Made by a program: the position numbers and the translations under genes
DNA from: an uncultured Pseudomonadota bacterium
GTDB taxonomy: Bacteria > Pseudomonadota > Gammaproteobacteria > Burkholderiales > SG8-39
Length of the DNA: 64,000 nt
Direction of reading: 5' to 3'
Assembly: GCA_903829815.1 (NCBI GenBank)
Contig: CAIKRR010000030.1
Coordinates: 25,730-89,729, forward strand
Notes under the pieces: generated by a model
What the model was told of the DNA's origin: nothing
The model's input: only the letters and a program-made list of their open reading frames with translations
Databases searched by the model: none
In this document: piece after piece, positions 10,093-20,277 of the stretch
How positions within the stretch are numbered: position 1 is the stretch's first letter
Layout of the letters: every line of letters starts with the position of its first letter

Positions 10093-11130
10093 ATGACCTT
10101 GACCGATGACGCCGATCGCCCCGATCGCGCACTGATCGACGCCCTCGAGGCGTCGAATTACCACCCGCTGTGGACCCGCTACCGGGCTATCACGCCGGTG
10201 AAACCAGCAGCACGCGACAATCCACGGCTTTGGCGCTGGCGCGATTTCGAACCCTTCGTCGAGCGGGCCGCACGCGAAGTACCAATTGAAGATATCGAGC
10301 GACGTGCCATCATCCTGGCGCACCCTGCGTTTGGCGGTGCCACCGTCACCACCGCCAACCTGATCGCAGCGTTCACCGTTCTCGAGCCGGGCGACCATGC
10401 AGTCCCGCATCGGCACACCACGGCGGCGATACGTTTTGGCACGCGGGCCGAGGGCGCGGTCACCCTGGTGAACGGCCGTCGCTGCGCCATGAATGCGGGC
10501 GACCTGGTGCTCACACCGCCCATGTGCTGGCATGGCCACATCAACGAAGGCCGCGAGCGAACCGTCTGGTTCGATGCCGCCAACATCCCCTTCATTTGCG
10601 GCCTCGATGCCAACTTCTTCGAGCCCGGCAGCCGCAGCGACACTGCCTTCTGGGATGTCGATGAAGGCGACGAGCGACTCTACAAGGCAAGCGGCCTGCA
10701 GGTGCTGCGCGACGAACCCCATGGCCTGCAAGGCCACTCACCCAAGTTCCACTATCCCGGCGAAGTGACCCGGCGCCTGCTCGATGCCATGCCGCGCGCA
10801 GCCGATGGCCAGCGCAGCCTGCGCTACACCAACCCCGACACCGGCGGCCCGGTGATGGCCACCCTGGACTGCCAGTACACCCGGCTCGCAGGCGGTGAGG
10901 CGACGCGTGCACGGCGCGCCACCCACAATGCCGTGTGCCTGGTGGTGTCAGGCGAGGGGCATTCGCAGATAGGGGCAGAACGCATCGAATGGCAGCAGCA
11001 CGATGTATTCACCGTGCCGCACTGGACGCTCGCCTCCCACACCGCTCGATCGGCCGAGGCCGACCTGTTCATCGTGTCCGACCGACCGGTGTTCGAAGCA
11101 CTGGGCTTGCTGCGGGTCGAGTTCGAGTAG
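10093..11130 (+). CDS. Gentisate 1,2-dioxygenase-like bicupin
   Basis: LWRWRD, ERRAIILAHP, HRHT..AIRF, DLVLTPPMCWHGH, YTNPDTGGPVMAT, DVFTVPHW. Confidence 0.88.
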   Translation: MTLTDDADRPDRALIDALEASNYHPLWTRYRAITPVKPAARDNPRLWRWRDFEPFVERAAREVPIEDIERRAIILAHPAFGGATVTTANLIAAFTVLEPGDHAVPHRHTTAAIRFGTRAEGAVTLVNGRRCAMNAGDLVLTPPMCWHGHINEGRERTVWFDAANIPFICGLDANFFEPGSRSDTAFWDVDEGDERLYKASGLQVLRDEPHGLQGHSPKFHYPGEVTRRLLDAMPRAADGQRSLRYTNPDTGGPVMATLDCQYTRLAGGEATRARRATHNAVCLVVSGEGHSQIGAERIEWQQHDVFTVPHWTLASHTARSAEADLFIVSDRPVFEALGLLRVEFE

Positions 11131-11141
11131 CCCCCGACCGA

Positions 11142-13412
11142 TCAACGCCGGCGACTCAGGGCGTAGGCCTGATCGCGACCCGCAAGATACGCGCGCGGCC
11201 AGGACACGTTGCTGGACCCTGCTTCAGCAGCCGCATGCAGGGTGAAGTACGGGTCTGCCAGATGCGGTCGGGCAAGGGCGCACAGATCGGCACGGCCGGC
11301 AGCGAGCAGCGTGTTGACCTGATCGATGCTGGTGATTGCACCCACTGCCATCGTCGCGATGCCGGTCTCGAGCCGGATCTGCTCGGCAAATCCCGCCTGA
11401 TACATGCGGCCGTAGACCGGGCGCGAGGCCGGGTCGGTCTGCCCGGTCGACACATCGACGAGGTCGCAGCCGTGTGCCTTGAGCATGCGGGCAATCTGCA
11501 CTGAATCGTCGCCAGTGATGCCGCCTGGCATCCAGTCGGTCGCCGAGATGCGGGCAGCCATTGGCCGCTCGGCAGGCCACAGGGCACGACAGGCATCGAA
11601 GATCTCGAGCGGAAAACGCATGCGCGCCTCGAGCGACCCGCCGTACTCATCGGTGCGCTTGTTGGTCACTGGCGAGATGAACGTGGCCAGCAGATAACCA
11701 TGGGCCATGTGCACCTCGATCATGTCGAAGCCGGCGTCGATGGCCATTTGGGTCGCGCGTTCGAAGTCGGCGCGTACCCGATCCATGTCGGCGCGGGTCA
11801 TCGCTGCGGGAACCTGCGATTCACCCGGCTTGTAGGGCAGCGGCGACGGCGCGAGCAAGGGCCAGTTGGCCTCGGGCAAGGGGCTGTCGATCGACTCCCA
11901 ACCCAGTTGGGTCGAGCCCTTGCGCCCCGCATGCCCCAGTTGCAGGCACAGTCGCGCGGCGCTCTGGGCATGCGCAAAGTCGCTTATCCGACGCCATGCC
12001 GCCACGTGCTCGGGGGTGTAGATACCGGCGCAGCCCGGGGTGATGCGGGCCTGGGCAGAAACAGCCGTCATCTCGGTGTAGACCAGGCCGGCACCGCCAA
12101 TGGCACGCGAGCCGTAATGCACCAGATGCCAGTCGCCAGCCACACCGTCAGTGGCCGAGTACTGGCACATCGGCGACACCACCACCCGGTTGGCCAATTG
12201 CAGGTCGCGCAAGCGCAAGGGGGCAAGAAAGGGCGGCGCCTTGAACCCGCTTGGCAGCACGATGCCCTGTTGCGCGGCCACGCTGCGGTTCCACCACTGT
12301 TCGACCTCGGCAACCACGCCAGGGTCGCGCAGACGCAGGTTCTCCCAGGTGATCTGCTTGGAGCGTGACAGCAGCGAGAAATTGAACTGCACCGGGTCCA
12401 TCGCCCAGTACCGTTCCATGTGTTCGAACCAGCCCAGACTGGTATCGGCCGAGTGCTGGATCTTCTCGACTTCGGGCCGCCGCGCCACCTCGTAGTTGGC
12501 CAGGGCGCGCGGCAGGTTGTCGGGCGATTCGCTCACCGCCTTGTGCAGCGCGATCACATCTTCCATCGCAAGCTTGGTGCCCGAGCCGATCGAGAAGTGG
12601 GCGGTATGCGCGGCATCACCGACCAGCACGGTGTTCTCGTGGCTCCAGTGTTCACAGTGGATGTTCGGAAAGTTTCGCCAATGCGAGCGATTGACCAGCA
12701 GACGGTGACCGCGCAGTTCCTCGGCAAACAGGCGCTCGCAATAGCGAGCCGTGGCTTGCTCATCGGTTACAGCGAGCCCCGAACGACGGAAGGTCTCGTC
12801 ACTGGTCTCGAGAATCACGGTGCACTGGCCACGCGTGAACTGGTACGCGTGAATGGCCCACAACCCGGCTTCATCCTCCTTGAAGGCAAACGTGAAGCCG
12901 GGCAGCGGCGTTTCGGCACCCAGCCAACAGAACTTGTTGGGGCGCATCTCGATCACCGGCCGGAAATGCGCCTTCCAGGCCTCGCGCACCGGGCTGTTGA
13001 CCCCGTCGGCCGCCACCACCAGGTCGGCATCGCGATGACTCTCGATGCCCGGGTCACGGGTCTGGTAGCGGATGTCCACGCCCAGGCTCGCCGCACGACG
13101 CTGCAGGATCTCGAGCAAGGTCAGACGCTTCAGGCCGGAAAAGCCATGCCCCGAGGAGCGCAGAACCTGCCCCTTGAAGTGGGTGTAGATGTCGTCCCAG
13201 TAGGCAAAATTGGCCGCGATCTCGGCATGACTCTCCTCATCGGCCAGTTGCAGGCGACCCAGCGTCTCGTCGGAGAGCACGATGCCGAAGCCGAACGTGT
13301 CGTCGGGCTTGTTCTGCTCGAACACGGTGACCTTGGCCTGGGGTATCGACTTGCTCACCAGTATCGAGAAATAGAGCCCCGCGGGCCCACCACCAATGAC
13401 ATCGATCTTCAT
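11142..13412 (-). CDS. abmA: Bifunctional salicylyl-CoA 5-hydroxylase / anthraniloyl-CoA monooxygenase-reductase (FAD monooxygenase + OYE-like domain)
   Basis: N-terminal [39 protein letters not shown]-terminal [46 protein letters not shown] before ATG 13412. Confidence 0.9.
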   Translation of the reverse strand: MKIDVIGGGPAGLYFSILVSKSIPQAKVTVFEQNKPDDTFGFGIVLSDETLGRLQLADEESHAEIAANFAYWDDIYTHFKGQVLRSSGHGFSGLKRLTLLEILQRRAASLGVDIRYQTRDPGIESHRDADLVVAADGVNSPVREAWKAHFRPVIEMRPNKFCWLGAETPLPGFTFAFKEDEAGLWAIHAYQFTRGQCTVILETSDETFRRSGLAVTDEQATARYCERLFAEELRGHRLLVNRSHWRNFPNIHCEHWSHENTVLVGDAAHTAHFSIGSGTKLAMEDVIALHKAVSESPDNLPRALANYEVARRPEVEKIQHSADTSLGWFEHMERYWAMDPVQFNFSLLSRSKQITWENLRLRDPGVVAEVEQWWNRSVAAQQGIVLPSGFKAPPFLAPLRLRDLQLANRVVVSPMCQYSATDGVAGDWHLVHYGSRAIGGAGLVYTEMTAVSAQARITPGCAGIYTPEHVAAWRRISDFAHAQSAARLCLQLGHAGRKGSTQLGWESIDSPLPEANWPLLAPSPLPYKPGESQVPAAMTRADMDRVRADFERATQMAIDAGFDMIEVHMAHGYLLATFISPVTNKRTDEYGGSLEARMRFPLEIFDACRALWPAERPMAARISATDWMPGGITGDDSVQIARMLKAHGCDLVDVSTGQTDPASRPVYGRMYQAGFAEQIRLETGIATMAVGAITSIDQVNTLLAAGRADLCALARPHLADPYFTLHAAAEAGSSNVSWPRAYLAGRDQAYALSRRR

Positions 13413-13508
13413 GTTCGAACTCCTTGCGCCAGCATGCTGCAGCCCTTGATCGCTCAAGTCAGCCCGAGGTGCAATGCCCGGAGGGCAGGCGCAGGCGACT
13501 GCCTGATC

Positions 13509-13537
13509 AATATAATTTACCGTGTATATTACGTCAA
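13509..13537 (-). promoter_or_regulatory. Sigma70-type promoter for the abmA-like gene (TTGACG-N17-TATATT), overlapped by inverted repeat AATATA-N10-TATATT (candidate MarR operator)
   Basis: Read directly in the AT-rich patch between the divergent abmA and marR genes. Confidence 0.6.
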
Positions 13538-13561
13538 TAATTCCATCGATTCGAGACGACC

Positions 13562-14092
13562 ATGAGTCAGAGCCAAGTCGAACGCGTCCCCCCGCATCTG
13601 GCGGCATCCGCCGAGGAACTGACGGTGACTGACTTCGAGCAGTCGCTCATCTGTGCAGCCGAGGCGTTCTACCGCTGCATCGGCTTGCTGCTCGGGCCAG
13701 CGGCGCGCGAGCACCGGCTCTCGGGCGAGGACAACGTGATCCTGCAGCAACTCATGGCCTCACCCCACCCGCGCAACCTGACCGATCTCGCACGATTTGC
13801 CAATCGCGACGACACAGCCAACATCCAGTACAGCCTGCGCAAGCTGATCACGGCGCAACTGGTCGAGAAGGCTCCGGGGTCGACCAATCGCGATTCACGC
13901 TATCAGGTCACCGCCCGCGGTCGAGCCCTCACCGAAGAATTTCTGGCGCGCCGCCGCGCACTGGTGATGGAGCCCGCGCGTCAGATGCGCGATGCCGATA
14001 CCCACTTGCAGGCAGCGATTCGCGCTCTCAACATGATGGCTGGCATCTATGATCAGGGCACGCGAAGCATCACCGCCCGCGAAGATCGCTGA
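13562..14092 (+). CDS. MarR-type winged-helix transcriptional regulator
   Basis: [31 protein letters not shown] ... YQVTARG wHTH pattern. Confidence 0.85.
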   Translation: MSQSQVERVPPHLAASAEELTVTDFEQSLICAAEAFYRCIGLLLGPAAREHRLSGEDNVILQQLMASPHPRNLTDLARFANRDDTANIQYSLRKLITAQLVEKAPGSTNRDSRYQVTARGRALTEEFLARRRALVMEPARQMRDADTHLQAAIRALNMMAGIYDQGTRSITAREDR

Positions 14093-14159
14093 TCGCTCTC
14101 GGGCTGATGAGTCGCCACCACCTGCCCGAGGCGCAACCACTGACCGGATGACTGGCCGC

Positions 14160-15878
14160 ATGGATCAAGACAAGAAGACTGCCGCTGCCCTGCCACTGCG
14201 CTCGCGCCTCACCGTCGAGGGTATGGATCGCACACCCCATCGTACCTTTCTGCGTGCCATGGGGCTGGATGACGAAGCCATCGCGCGGCCCTTCGTCGGC
14301 GTGGTGAGCACCCAAGGCGAGAACACACCCTGCTCACTGGGCCTGAGGCCGCAGGCCGAGGCGGCCAAGACCGGGGTCGTGATGGGCGGAGGCTGGCCGT
14401 TTGAATTCACCACGGTCTCGGTATCCGATGGCGTTTCGATGAACCACCGCGGCATGCGCATGAGCCTGGTCTCGCGCGAACTCATCGCCGACTCGGTCGA
14501 GGCCGTGGTGCGAGGCCACGCCTATGACGCGCTGGTGGGCTTTGCCGGCTGCGACAAGACCCTGCCCGGCTTGCTGATGGCCATGGTTCGCCTGAACTGC
14601 CCCAGCGTCTTCATGTATGGCGGGGCGATGCTGCCCGGCCAGTGGCGCGGCGCGCCAGTGAGCACGGTCAACGCCTACGAAGGCGTTGGCGCCGTGCTGG
14701 CAGGCACCATGAGCGAGGACGATCTGGCCAGCCTCGAGCGCGCCTGTTCACCGACTGCCGGCTCCTGCCCCGGACAGTTCACCGCCAACACGATGGCCAT
14801 GGTGTCGGAAACGCTCGGGCTCGCACTGCCGGGCACCGCCATGATGCCCTCGGTCTACACCGAGCGGCTCTCGCTTGCACGCGCCAGCGGACAGGCGGTG
14901 ATGCGCATCCTCAACGGCCAGGGGCCTCTGCCTCGCGACCTGGTCACACGCAAGAGCCTGGAAAATGCCTGCGCAGCCGTGGCCGCCACGGGTGGCTCCA
15001 CCAATGCCGGACTGCATCTGCCAGCCATCGCCCACGAAGCCGGCATCCGCTTCACCCTGGATGACGTGGCCGAAGTGTTTCATCGCACCCCGCTCATCGC
15101 CGACCTGCAGCCCGGGGGTCGCTTCCTGGCGCGCGACCTGCACTACGCCGGTGGTGTGAGCGCAGTTCTGAAATCACTGGCAGACGGCGGCTATCTGCAT
15201 GCAGATACCCTTACCCTGTCCGGTGGCACGCTGGGCGAGAGCTTGGGCTCGCTGGGAGCGCTCGACGGTCTGGTCGTGCGGGCCACCACTGCAGCGCTTC
15301 ACCCAAGCGGTGGCGTCGTCGTCCTCAAGGGCAATCTCGCGCCGCAGGGCGCCCTGGTGAAGATAGCCGGGCTGAAAACCCTCGCCTTCGAGGGTCCGGC
15401 ACGCGTGTTCGACTGCGAGGAAGACTGCACGGCAGCGGTTCGTGCGCGCGATTACAAGGCGGGCGACGTGCTGATCATCCGTAACGAAGGGCCGGTTGGC
15501 GGCCCCGGCATGCGCGAGATGCTGGGCACGACCGCCCTCATCTACGGCCAGGGCATGGGCGAGCAGGTCGCGCTCATCACCGACGGCCGGTTCTCGGGGG
15601 CAACGCGAGGCCTGTGCATCGGCTACACCGGACCTGAAGCGGCCGCAGGCGGCCCGATTGCGCTGGTGCAAGCGGGTGATCGCATCCGTATCGACTGCGA
15701 GCGTGCAAGCCTCGATCTACTCGTTTCCGCAGAAGAACTCGAGCGCCGGCGTACGGCCTGGCGCCCCGAGCGACGCGAACGTCTGGCCGGGGTACTCGAG
15801 AAATACGCGCGCCTGGTGGGTCCGGCTCACCTGGGGGCCGTCACCCACAGCGGCAACATGGACTGGCCCGCGGGCTGA
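14160..15878 (+). CDS. ilvD: Dihydroxy-acid dehydratase (IlvD/Edd family)
   Basis: [50 protein letters not shown]; start could be 14148 or 14160. Confidence 0.9.
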   Translation: MDQDKKTAAALPLRSRLTVEGMDRTPHRTFLRAMGLDDEAIARPFVGVVSTQGENTPCSLGLRPQAEAAKTGVVMGGGWPFEFTTVSVSDGVSMNHRGMRMSLVSRELIADSVEAVVRGHAYDALVGFAGCDKTLPGLLMAMVRLNCPSVFMYGGAMLPGQWRGAPVSTVNAYEGVGAVLAGTMSEDDLASLERACSPTAGSCPGQFTANTMAMVSETLGLALPGTAMMPSVYTERLSLARASGQAVMRILNGQGPLPRDLVTRKSLENACAAVAATGGSTNAGLHLPAIAHEAGIRFTLDDVAEVFHRTPLIADLQPGGRFLARDLHYAGGVSAVLKSLADGGYLHADTLTLSGGTLGESLGSLGALDGLVVRATTAALHPSGGVVVLKGNLAPQGALVKIAGLKTLAFEGPARVFDCEEDCTAAVRARDYKAGDVLIIRNEGPVGGPGMREMLGTTALIYGQGMGEQVALITDGRFSGATRGLCIGYTGPEAAAGGPIALVQAGDRIRIDCERASLDLLVSAEELERRRTAWRPERRERLAGVLEKYARLVGPAHLGAVTHSGNMDWPAG

Positions 15879-15958
15879 TTTGGCTACAATCGCCCCCTTC
15901 GGGCACACACGATCGGGCCGGCCTGCAACCGGCCCTCACCAGAGCAGGCACAGCACGC

Positions 15959-16879
15959 ATGTCAGGTCTCTTCCTCTTCGAGCAGGCGCTGAACGGACTG
16001 CAGTTCGGGCTCATGCTCTTCCTGCTGGCCGCAGGCCTTACGCTCGTGTTCGGCATCATGGATACGATCAACCTCGCCCACGGATCGCTCTACATGCTGG
16101 GGGCCTACATGACGGCCACCCTGGCGCAGGCAACCGGCTCCTTCGTAGTCGCAGTCCCGCTGGCACTGGTCGCAACGGCCGCGATCGGCATGCTGCTCGA
16201 ACTCGCTGTGCTGCGTCGCCTCTATACCCGCGATCACATGTCGCAGGTGCTGGCCACCTTCGCGCTGATCCTCATCGCCAATGACAGCGTTCGCATGATC
16301 TGGGGGCCACAGCCCATTTCGCTCAATCCGCCGGCAGCACTCGCCGGACCGATCGATCTCTTTCCCGGCATGAGCTACTCATCCTACCGGCTTGCCATCA
16401 TCGTGGTGGGGCTGGCAGTGGCTGCACTGCTCTACCTGCTGGTCACCCGCACTCGCACCGGCATGCTGGTGCGGGCCGGCGCATCCAACCGCGAGATGGC
16501 CACCGCCATGGGCACCAACATCAAGGTGCTCTTCACCTGCGTGTTCGGCTTCGGTGCGGCGCTGTGTGCCCTGGCCGGCGCCATGCTCGGTCCCATCCTG
16601 GCGGTGCAGGTGGGAATGGGCGAGGACATCCTCATTCTGGCCTTCGTGGTCATCGTGATTGGTGGCATCGGATCGATCCGCGGCGCGCTGGTAGGCTCGC
16701 TGCTGGTCGGTCTGGTCGATACGCTCGGACGCACCTTTCTGCCGATGATCCTGCGCGAGACCTTCTCGCCGCAGGTGGCCTCCAACGCGGGGCCAGCCCT
16801 CGCATCCATCCTCATCTATGTGCTCATGGCGGCGGTCCTCTTCTGGAAGCCCCAGGGCCTGTTTCCGGCGCGAGGCTGA
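15959..16879 (+). CDS. Liv-type ABC transporter permease (LivH-like)
   Basis: GLTLVFGIMDTINLAHG, multiple TM segments, VVIVIGGIGS, KPQGLF. Confidence 0.93.
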   Translation: MSGLFLFEQALNGLQFGLMLFLLAAGLTLVFGIMDTINLAHGSLYMLGAYMTATLAQATGSFVVAVPLALVATAAIGMLLELAVLRRLYTRDHMSQVLATFALILIANDSVRMIWGPQPISLNPPAALAGPIDLFPGMSYSSYRLAIIVVGLAVAALLYLLVTRTRTGMLVRAGASNREMATAMGTNIKVLFTCVFGFGAALCALAGAMLGPILAVQVGMGEDILILAFVVIVIGGIGSIRGALVGSLLVGLVDTLGRTFLPMILRETFSPQVASNAGPALASILIYVLMAAVLFWKPQGLFPARG

Positions 16880-16882
16880 CCC

Positions 16883-17827
16883 ATGCAACGTGCACTCACT
16901 CTGGCCGCGCTCGCCCTGGCGATCGCCTTTCCCATCGTGGCAGCCCCACTTGACCTGGACTTCTACATCGGCTTTGCGAGCCGCGTGATGATCTACGCGA
17001 TAGCCGCCACCAGCCTCAACCTGATTCTGGGCTACGGTGGCATGGTGAGTTTCGGCCACGCCGCTTTCTTTGGCACCGGGGCCTATGTGGTGGCCATTGC
17101 GATGACCCATGGCATCGACAGCCTCTGGGCGAGTTGGCCACTGGCCATGGCGGTGTCGGGCGTGGTGGCGCTGGGCATCGGTGCGATCTCGCTGCGCACC
17201 CGCGGCGTCTACTTCATCATGATCACCCTTGCCTTCGCGCAGATGATGTTCTTCGTGTTCATCGGCCTCAAGGCCTATGGCGGTGAAGAAGGGCTCAACA
17301 TGCCGTACCGCTCGCTCATCGGGTTGGGCCTCAACCTGAAGGACGATGCGACCTTCTACTACGTGGTACTGGCCCTGCTCACAGCCACCGTGTACCTGCT
17401 GCGCCGACTCATCGATTCGCGCTTCGGACGTGTGGTGCAGGCCATCCGCGAAAACGAGGCTCGCATGGAGACGATCGGGTTTTCGACCTACCGCTACAAG
17501 CTCATCTGCTTCGTCATCGCCGGCATGGTGTGCGGTCTGGCCGGTGCGCTCATCGCCAACCAGACCCGGTATGTGAACCCCAACCTGATGCACTGGATCG
17601 TGTCAGGCGACATGATGATCATGATCATCCTGGGCGGACTGGGCTATCGCTTCGGTGGCGTGCTCGGGGCCATCGTGATGCTGGTTCTGGACGAAGCCAT
17701 CTCGCCCTACACCACCTACTCGAAGATCGTGATCGGGTTCGTGCTCCTGGCCGTGGTGCTTTTTGCGCCGCGCGGGCTGGCCGGGCTCTTCGATCGCAAG
17801 GCCGCGCGCGCCGCCGGGAGCCACTGA
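16883..17827 (+). CDS. Liv-type ABC transporter permease (LivM-like)
   Basis: SLNLILGYGGMVSFGHAAF, RTRGVYFIMITLA, SRFGRVVQAIREN. Confidence 0.93.
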   Translation: MQRALTLAALALAIAFPIVAAPLDLDFYIGFASRVMIYAIAATSLNLILGYGGMVSFGHAAFFGTGAYVVAIAMTHGIDSLWASWPLAMAVSGVVALGIGAISLRTRGVYFIMITLAFAQMMFFVFIGLKAYGGEEGLNMPYRSLIGLGLNLKDDATFYYVVLALLTATVYLLRRLIDSRFGRVVQAIRENEARMETIGFSTYRYKLICFVIAGMVCGLAGALIANQTRYVNPNLMHWIVSGDMMIMIILGGLGYRFGGVLGAIVMLVLDEAISPYTTYSKIVIGFVLLAVVLFAPRGLAGLFDRKAARAAGSH

Positions 17828-18639
17828 TGAACCAGACTCACACGACGCACCCGCAGCCGCGGCAGGGTTCAGCGCCTGTGCTCGAAGTGCGCGCGCTCTC
17901 CAAGCGCTTTGGTGGCCTGGTGGCTACCGATCAGGTGAGCCTTGACGTGCGCGTGGGCGAAGTGCATGCGCTGATCGGACCCAATGGCGCCGGCAAGACA
18001 ACGCTGGTTCACCAGCTCTCTGGCACGCTGGCACCGGATGCAGGGCAGATCGTCTTTCGGGGCAACGACATCACCCGGCTGCCGGCGCACGCACGGGTGC
18101 TGCGGGGCCTGGTGCGCTCCTACCAGATCACGAGCATCTTCCGGCAGCACAGCGTGCTCGACAACGTGGCGCTGGCCGTGCAGGCACGATCGGGCTCGAG
18201 TTTCAGGTTCTGGCACGCGGTACGCAATGAGCAGACGCTCTTTGACGAAGCCCGTACCATCGTTGCCCGCGTGGGCCTTGCCGATCGAGCCGATGTACTG
18301 GCCGCCAACCTGGCTCATGGCGAACAACGACAACTCGAAGTCGGGCTGGCCGTAGCGACCCGCCCGGCCATGCTCCTGCTCGACGAGCCGATGGCCGGCA
18401 TGGGGCCCGAGGAGTCCGAGCGCCTCATACCGCTCATTGACGGATTGCGCCAGGAGGTGTCGATTCTCCTCATCGAGCACGACATGGACGCGGTATTCCG
18501 GCTGGCCGATCGTATCTCCGTACTGGTGTCAGGCCGGGTCATCGCAACCGGCACGCCCGAGGAGATACGGGCCAACGCTGATGTGAAGCGCGCCTACCTG
18601 GGCGACGAACTCGAGAGCGCGACAGGAGGGCAGGCATGA
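17827..18639 (+). CDS. Liv-type ABC ATP-binding protein (LivG-like)
   Basis: GPNGAGKTT Walker A, LLDEP, IEHD; TGATG overlap with the permease. Confidence 0.93.
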   Translation: MNQTHTTHPQPRQGSAPVLEVRALSKRFGGLVATDQVSLDVRVGEVHALIGPNGAGKTTLVHQLSGTLAPDAGQIVFRGNDITRLPAHARVLRGLVRSYQITSIFRQHSVLDNVALAVQARSGSSFRFWHAVRNEQTLFDEARTIVARVGLADRADVLAANLAHGEQRQLEVGLAVATRPAMLLLDEPMAGMGPEESERLIPLIDGLRQEVSILLIEHDMDAVFRLADRISVLVSGRVIATGTPEEIRANADVKRAYLGDELESATGGQA

Positions 18640-19415
18640 TCAAGGCACATGATCAAGCTCGAGCGGCAGGATCCGCCTTGGGTCGTGCCAGTACGCCGTC
18701 CTCGAACGACGTGCTGCTCGAAGTGAAAGGCCTCGAAACGGCCTACGGGGCAAGCCAGGTGCTCTTTGGTATCGATCTCACCATCGGCGTGGGTGAAGTT
18801 GCCACCCTGCTCGGACGCAATGGCATGGGCAAGACCACCACGGTTCGCTCGATCATGGGGCTCGTGCGCGCGCGCGGTGGGTCTATCCACTTTCGCAACG
18901 CATCGATCGGCGGGTTTGCCGCCGATCGTATCGGCCGGCTCGGTGTGGCCTTGGTGCCCGAGGGCCGCCAGATATTTCCCAATCTGAGCGTGCGCGAGAA
19001 TCTGGTTGCCTTTGCCTCCAACCGCAATGGCACCACGAGTCCATGGACGCTTGATCGGGTTTACGCCTTCTTTCCACGGCTGGCCGAGCGTGCGAACAAT
19101 ATGGGCAACCAGCTCTCCGGCGGCGAGCAGCAGATGCTGGCGATCGGCCGCGCGTTGATGACCAACCCGCACCTGCTGATTCTGGACGAAGCCACCGAAG
19201 GCCTGGCACCCCTCGTGCGCGAGGAGATCTGGCGCTGTCTGGCAGCACTCAAAGGCTCCGGGCAGACCATCCTTGTCATCGACAAGTACGTCGAACGGCT
19301 GATTCGCATTGCCGATCATCACACCATCATCGAGCGCGGTCGTGTTGCATGGCACGGGTCCTCAGCCGCCCTGGATGCCGACCACGGCCTCTGGCAGCGC
19401 TATCTGGGGGTCTGA
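18636..19415 (+). CDS. Liv-type ABC ATP-binding protein (LivF-like)
   Basis: GRNGMGKTT, VPEGRQIF, LSGGEQQM, ILDE. Confidence 0.93.
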   Translation: MIKAHDQARAAGSALGRASTPSSNDVLLEVKGLETAYGASQVLFGIDLTIGVGEVATLLGRNGMGKTTTVRSIMGLVRARGGSIHFRNASIGGFAADRIGRLGVALVPEGRQIFPNLSVRENLVAFASNRNGTTSPWTLDRVYAFFPRLAERANNMGNQLSGGEQQMLAIGRALMTNPHLLILDEATEGLAPLVREEIWRCLAALKGSGQTILVIDKYVERLIRIADHHTIIERGRVAWHGSSAALDADHGLWQRYLGV

Positions 19416-20197
19416 GCAGCCCGTAGCCAGGGCTGCACCCAGGCAAGCCCCTGTCGGGTCGCCGCGCGCGGCTGGTACTCGCACCCGATCCAGCCCTCGT
19501 AGCCGAGCTGATCGAGCCGCTCGAAGAGCCAGGGGTAATTCACCTCACCCACATCGGGCTCGTGCCGATCGGGCACGCCCGCCACCTGCATGTGACCGAT
19601 GAAGGGCAGTTGCGCCTCGATCCGTCGGGCAAGGTCGCCCTCGACGATCTGACAGTGGAAGAGGTCCATCTGCACACGCAGATTGGGCTCGCCCACCTCG
19701 GTGACGATGGCACGCGCGGCCGCCTGCGTATTGAGAAAGTACCCGGGTATCGATCGCGGATTGATCGGCTCGATCATGACACTCACCCCGCACGTCGCGG
19801 CGCGCGCTGCCGCGTGGCGCAGGTTGCCAACGTAGGTTTCGTGCAGACACGCCTGATCGACACCCGCCGGTGCCAACCCGGCCAGCAGGTGAATGCGCGG
19901 GCAGCGCAGGCGCGTTGCCAGTTCGAGCGCCTGCTCGAAACGCTCGCGGCACTCGGCCTCGCGACCGGGCAGGATGGCGATGCCACGCTCGCCCGCCTCC
20001 CAGTCACCGGGGGGGCAGTTGAAGAGCACCTGCTGCAGACCATGCCGGGCCAGTTGCCCGGCCACTGCCTCCATGTCGTAGGCGGCGGGAAAGAGCCACT
20101 CGACCCCCGTGAACCCATCTTCGGCCGCCAGCGCGAAGCGCTCGAGAAAGGGCACTTCCTTGTAGAGGAAAGACAAGTTCGCCGCGAATCGAGGCAT
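19400..20197 (-). CDS. Hydroxypyruvate isomerase / 2-oxo-tetronate isomerase family
   Basis: MPRFAANLSFLY, IEPIN, QMDLFHCQ, HMQVAGVPDRHEP, GWIGCEY. Confidence 0.92.
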   Translation of the reverse strand: MPRFAANLSFLYKEVPFLERFALAAEDGFTGVEWLFPAAYDMEAVAGQLARHGLQQVLFNCPPGDWEAGERGIAILPGREAECRERFEQALELATRLRCPRIHLLAGLAPAGVDQACLHETYVGNLRHAAARAATCGVSVMIEPINPRSIPGYFLNTQAAARAIVTEVGEPNLRVQMDLFHCQIVEGDLARRIEAQLPFIGHMQVAGVPDRHEPDVGEVNYPWLFERLDQLGYEGWIGCEYQPRAATRQGLAWVQPWLRAAQTPR

Positions 20198-20277
20198 GGC
20201 ATGTTCCTGATGGGATCGAGCCAAGGATGCTCTGGTATTCTCGCGCCCCGAGTCAAGCACCCTTCAGGGAGAGCGGC

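Noticed and set aside
13413..13607. 65-aa N-terminal extension of the abmA-like ORF in the track
   Set aside because: It spans the promoter and overlaps marR; the Rossmann motif and RBS support ATG 13412
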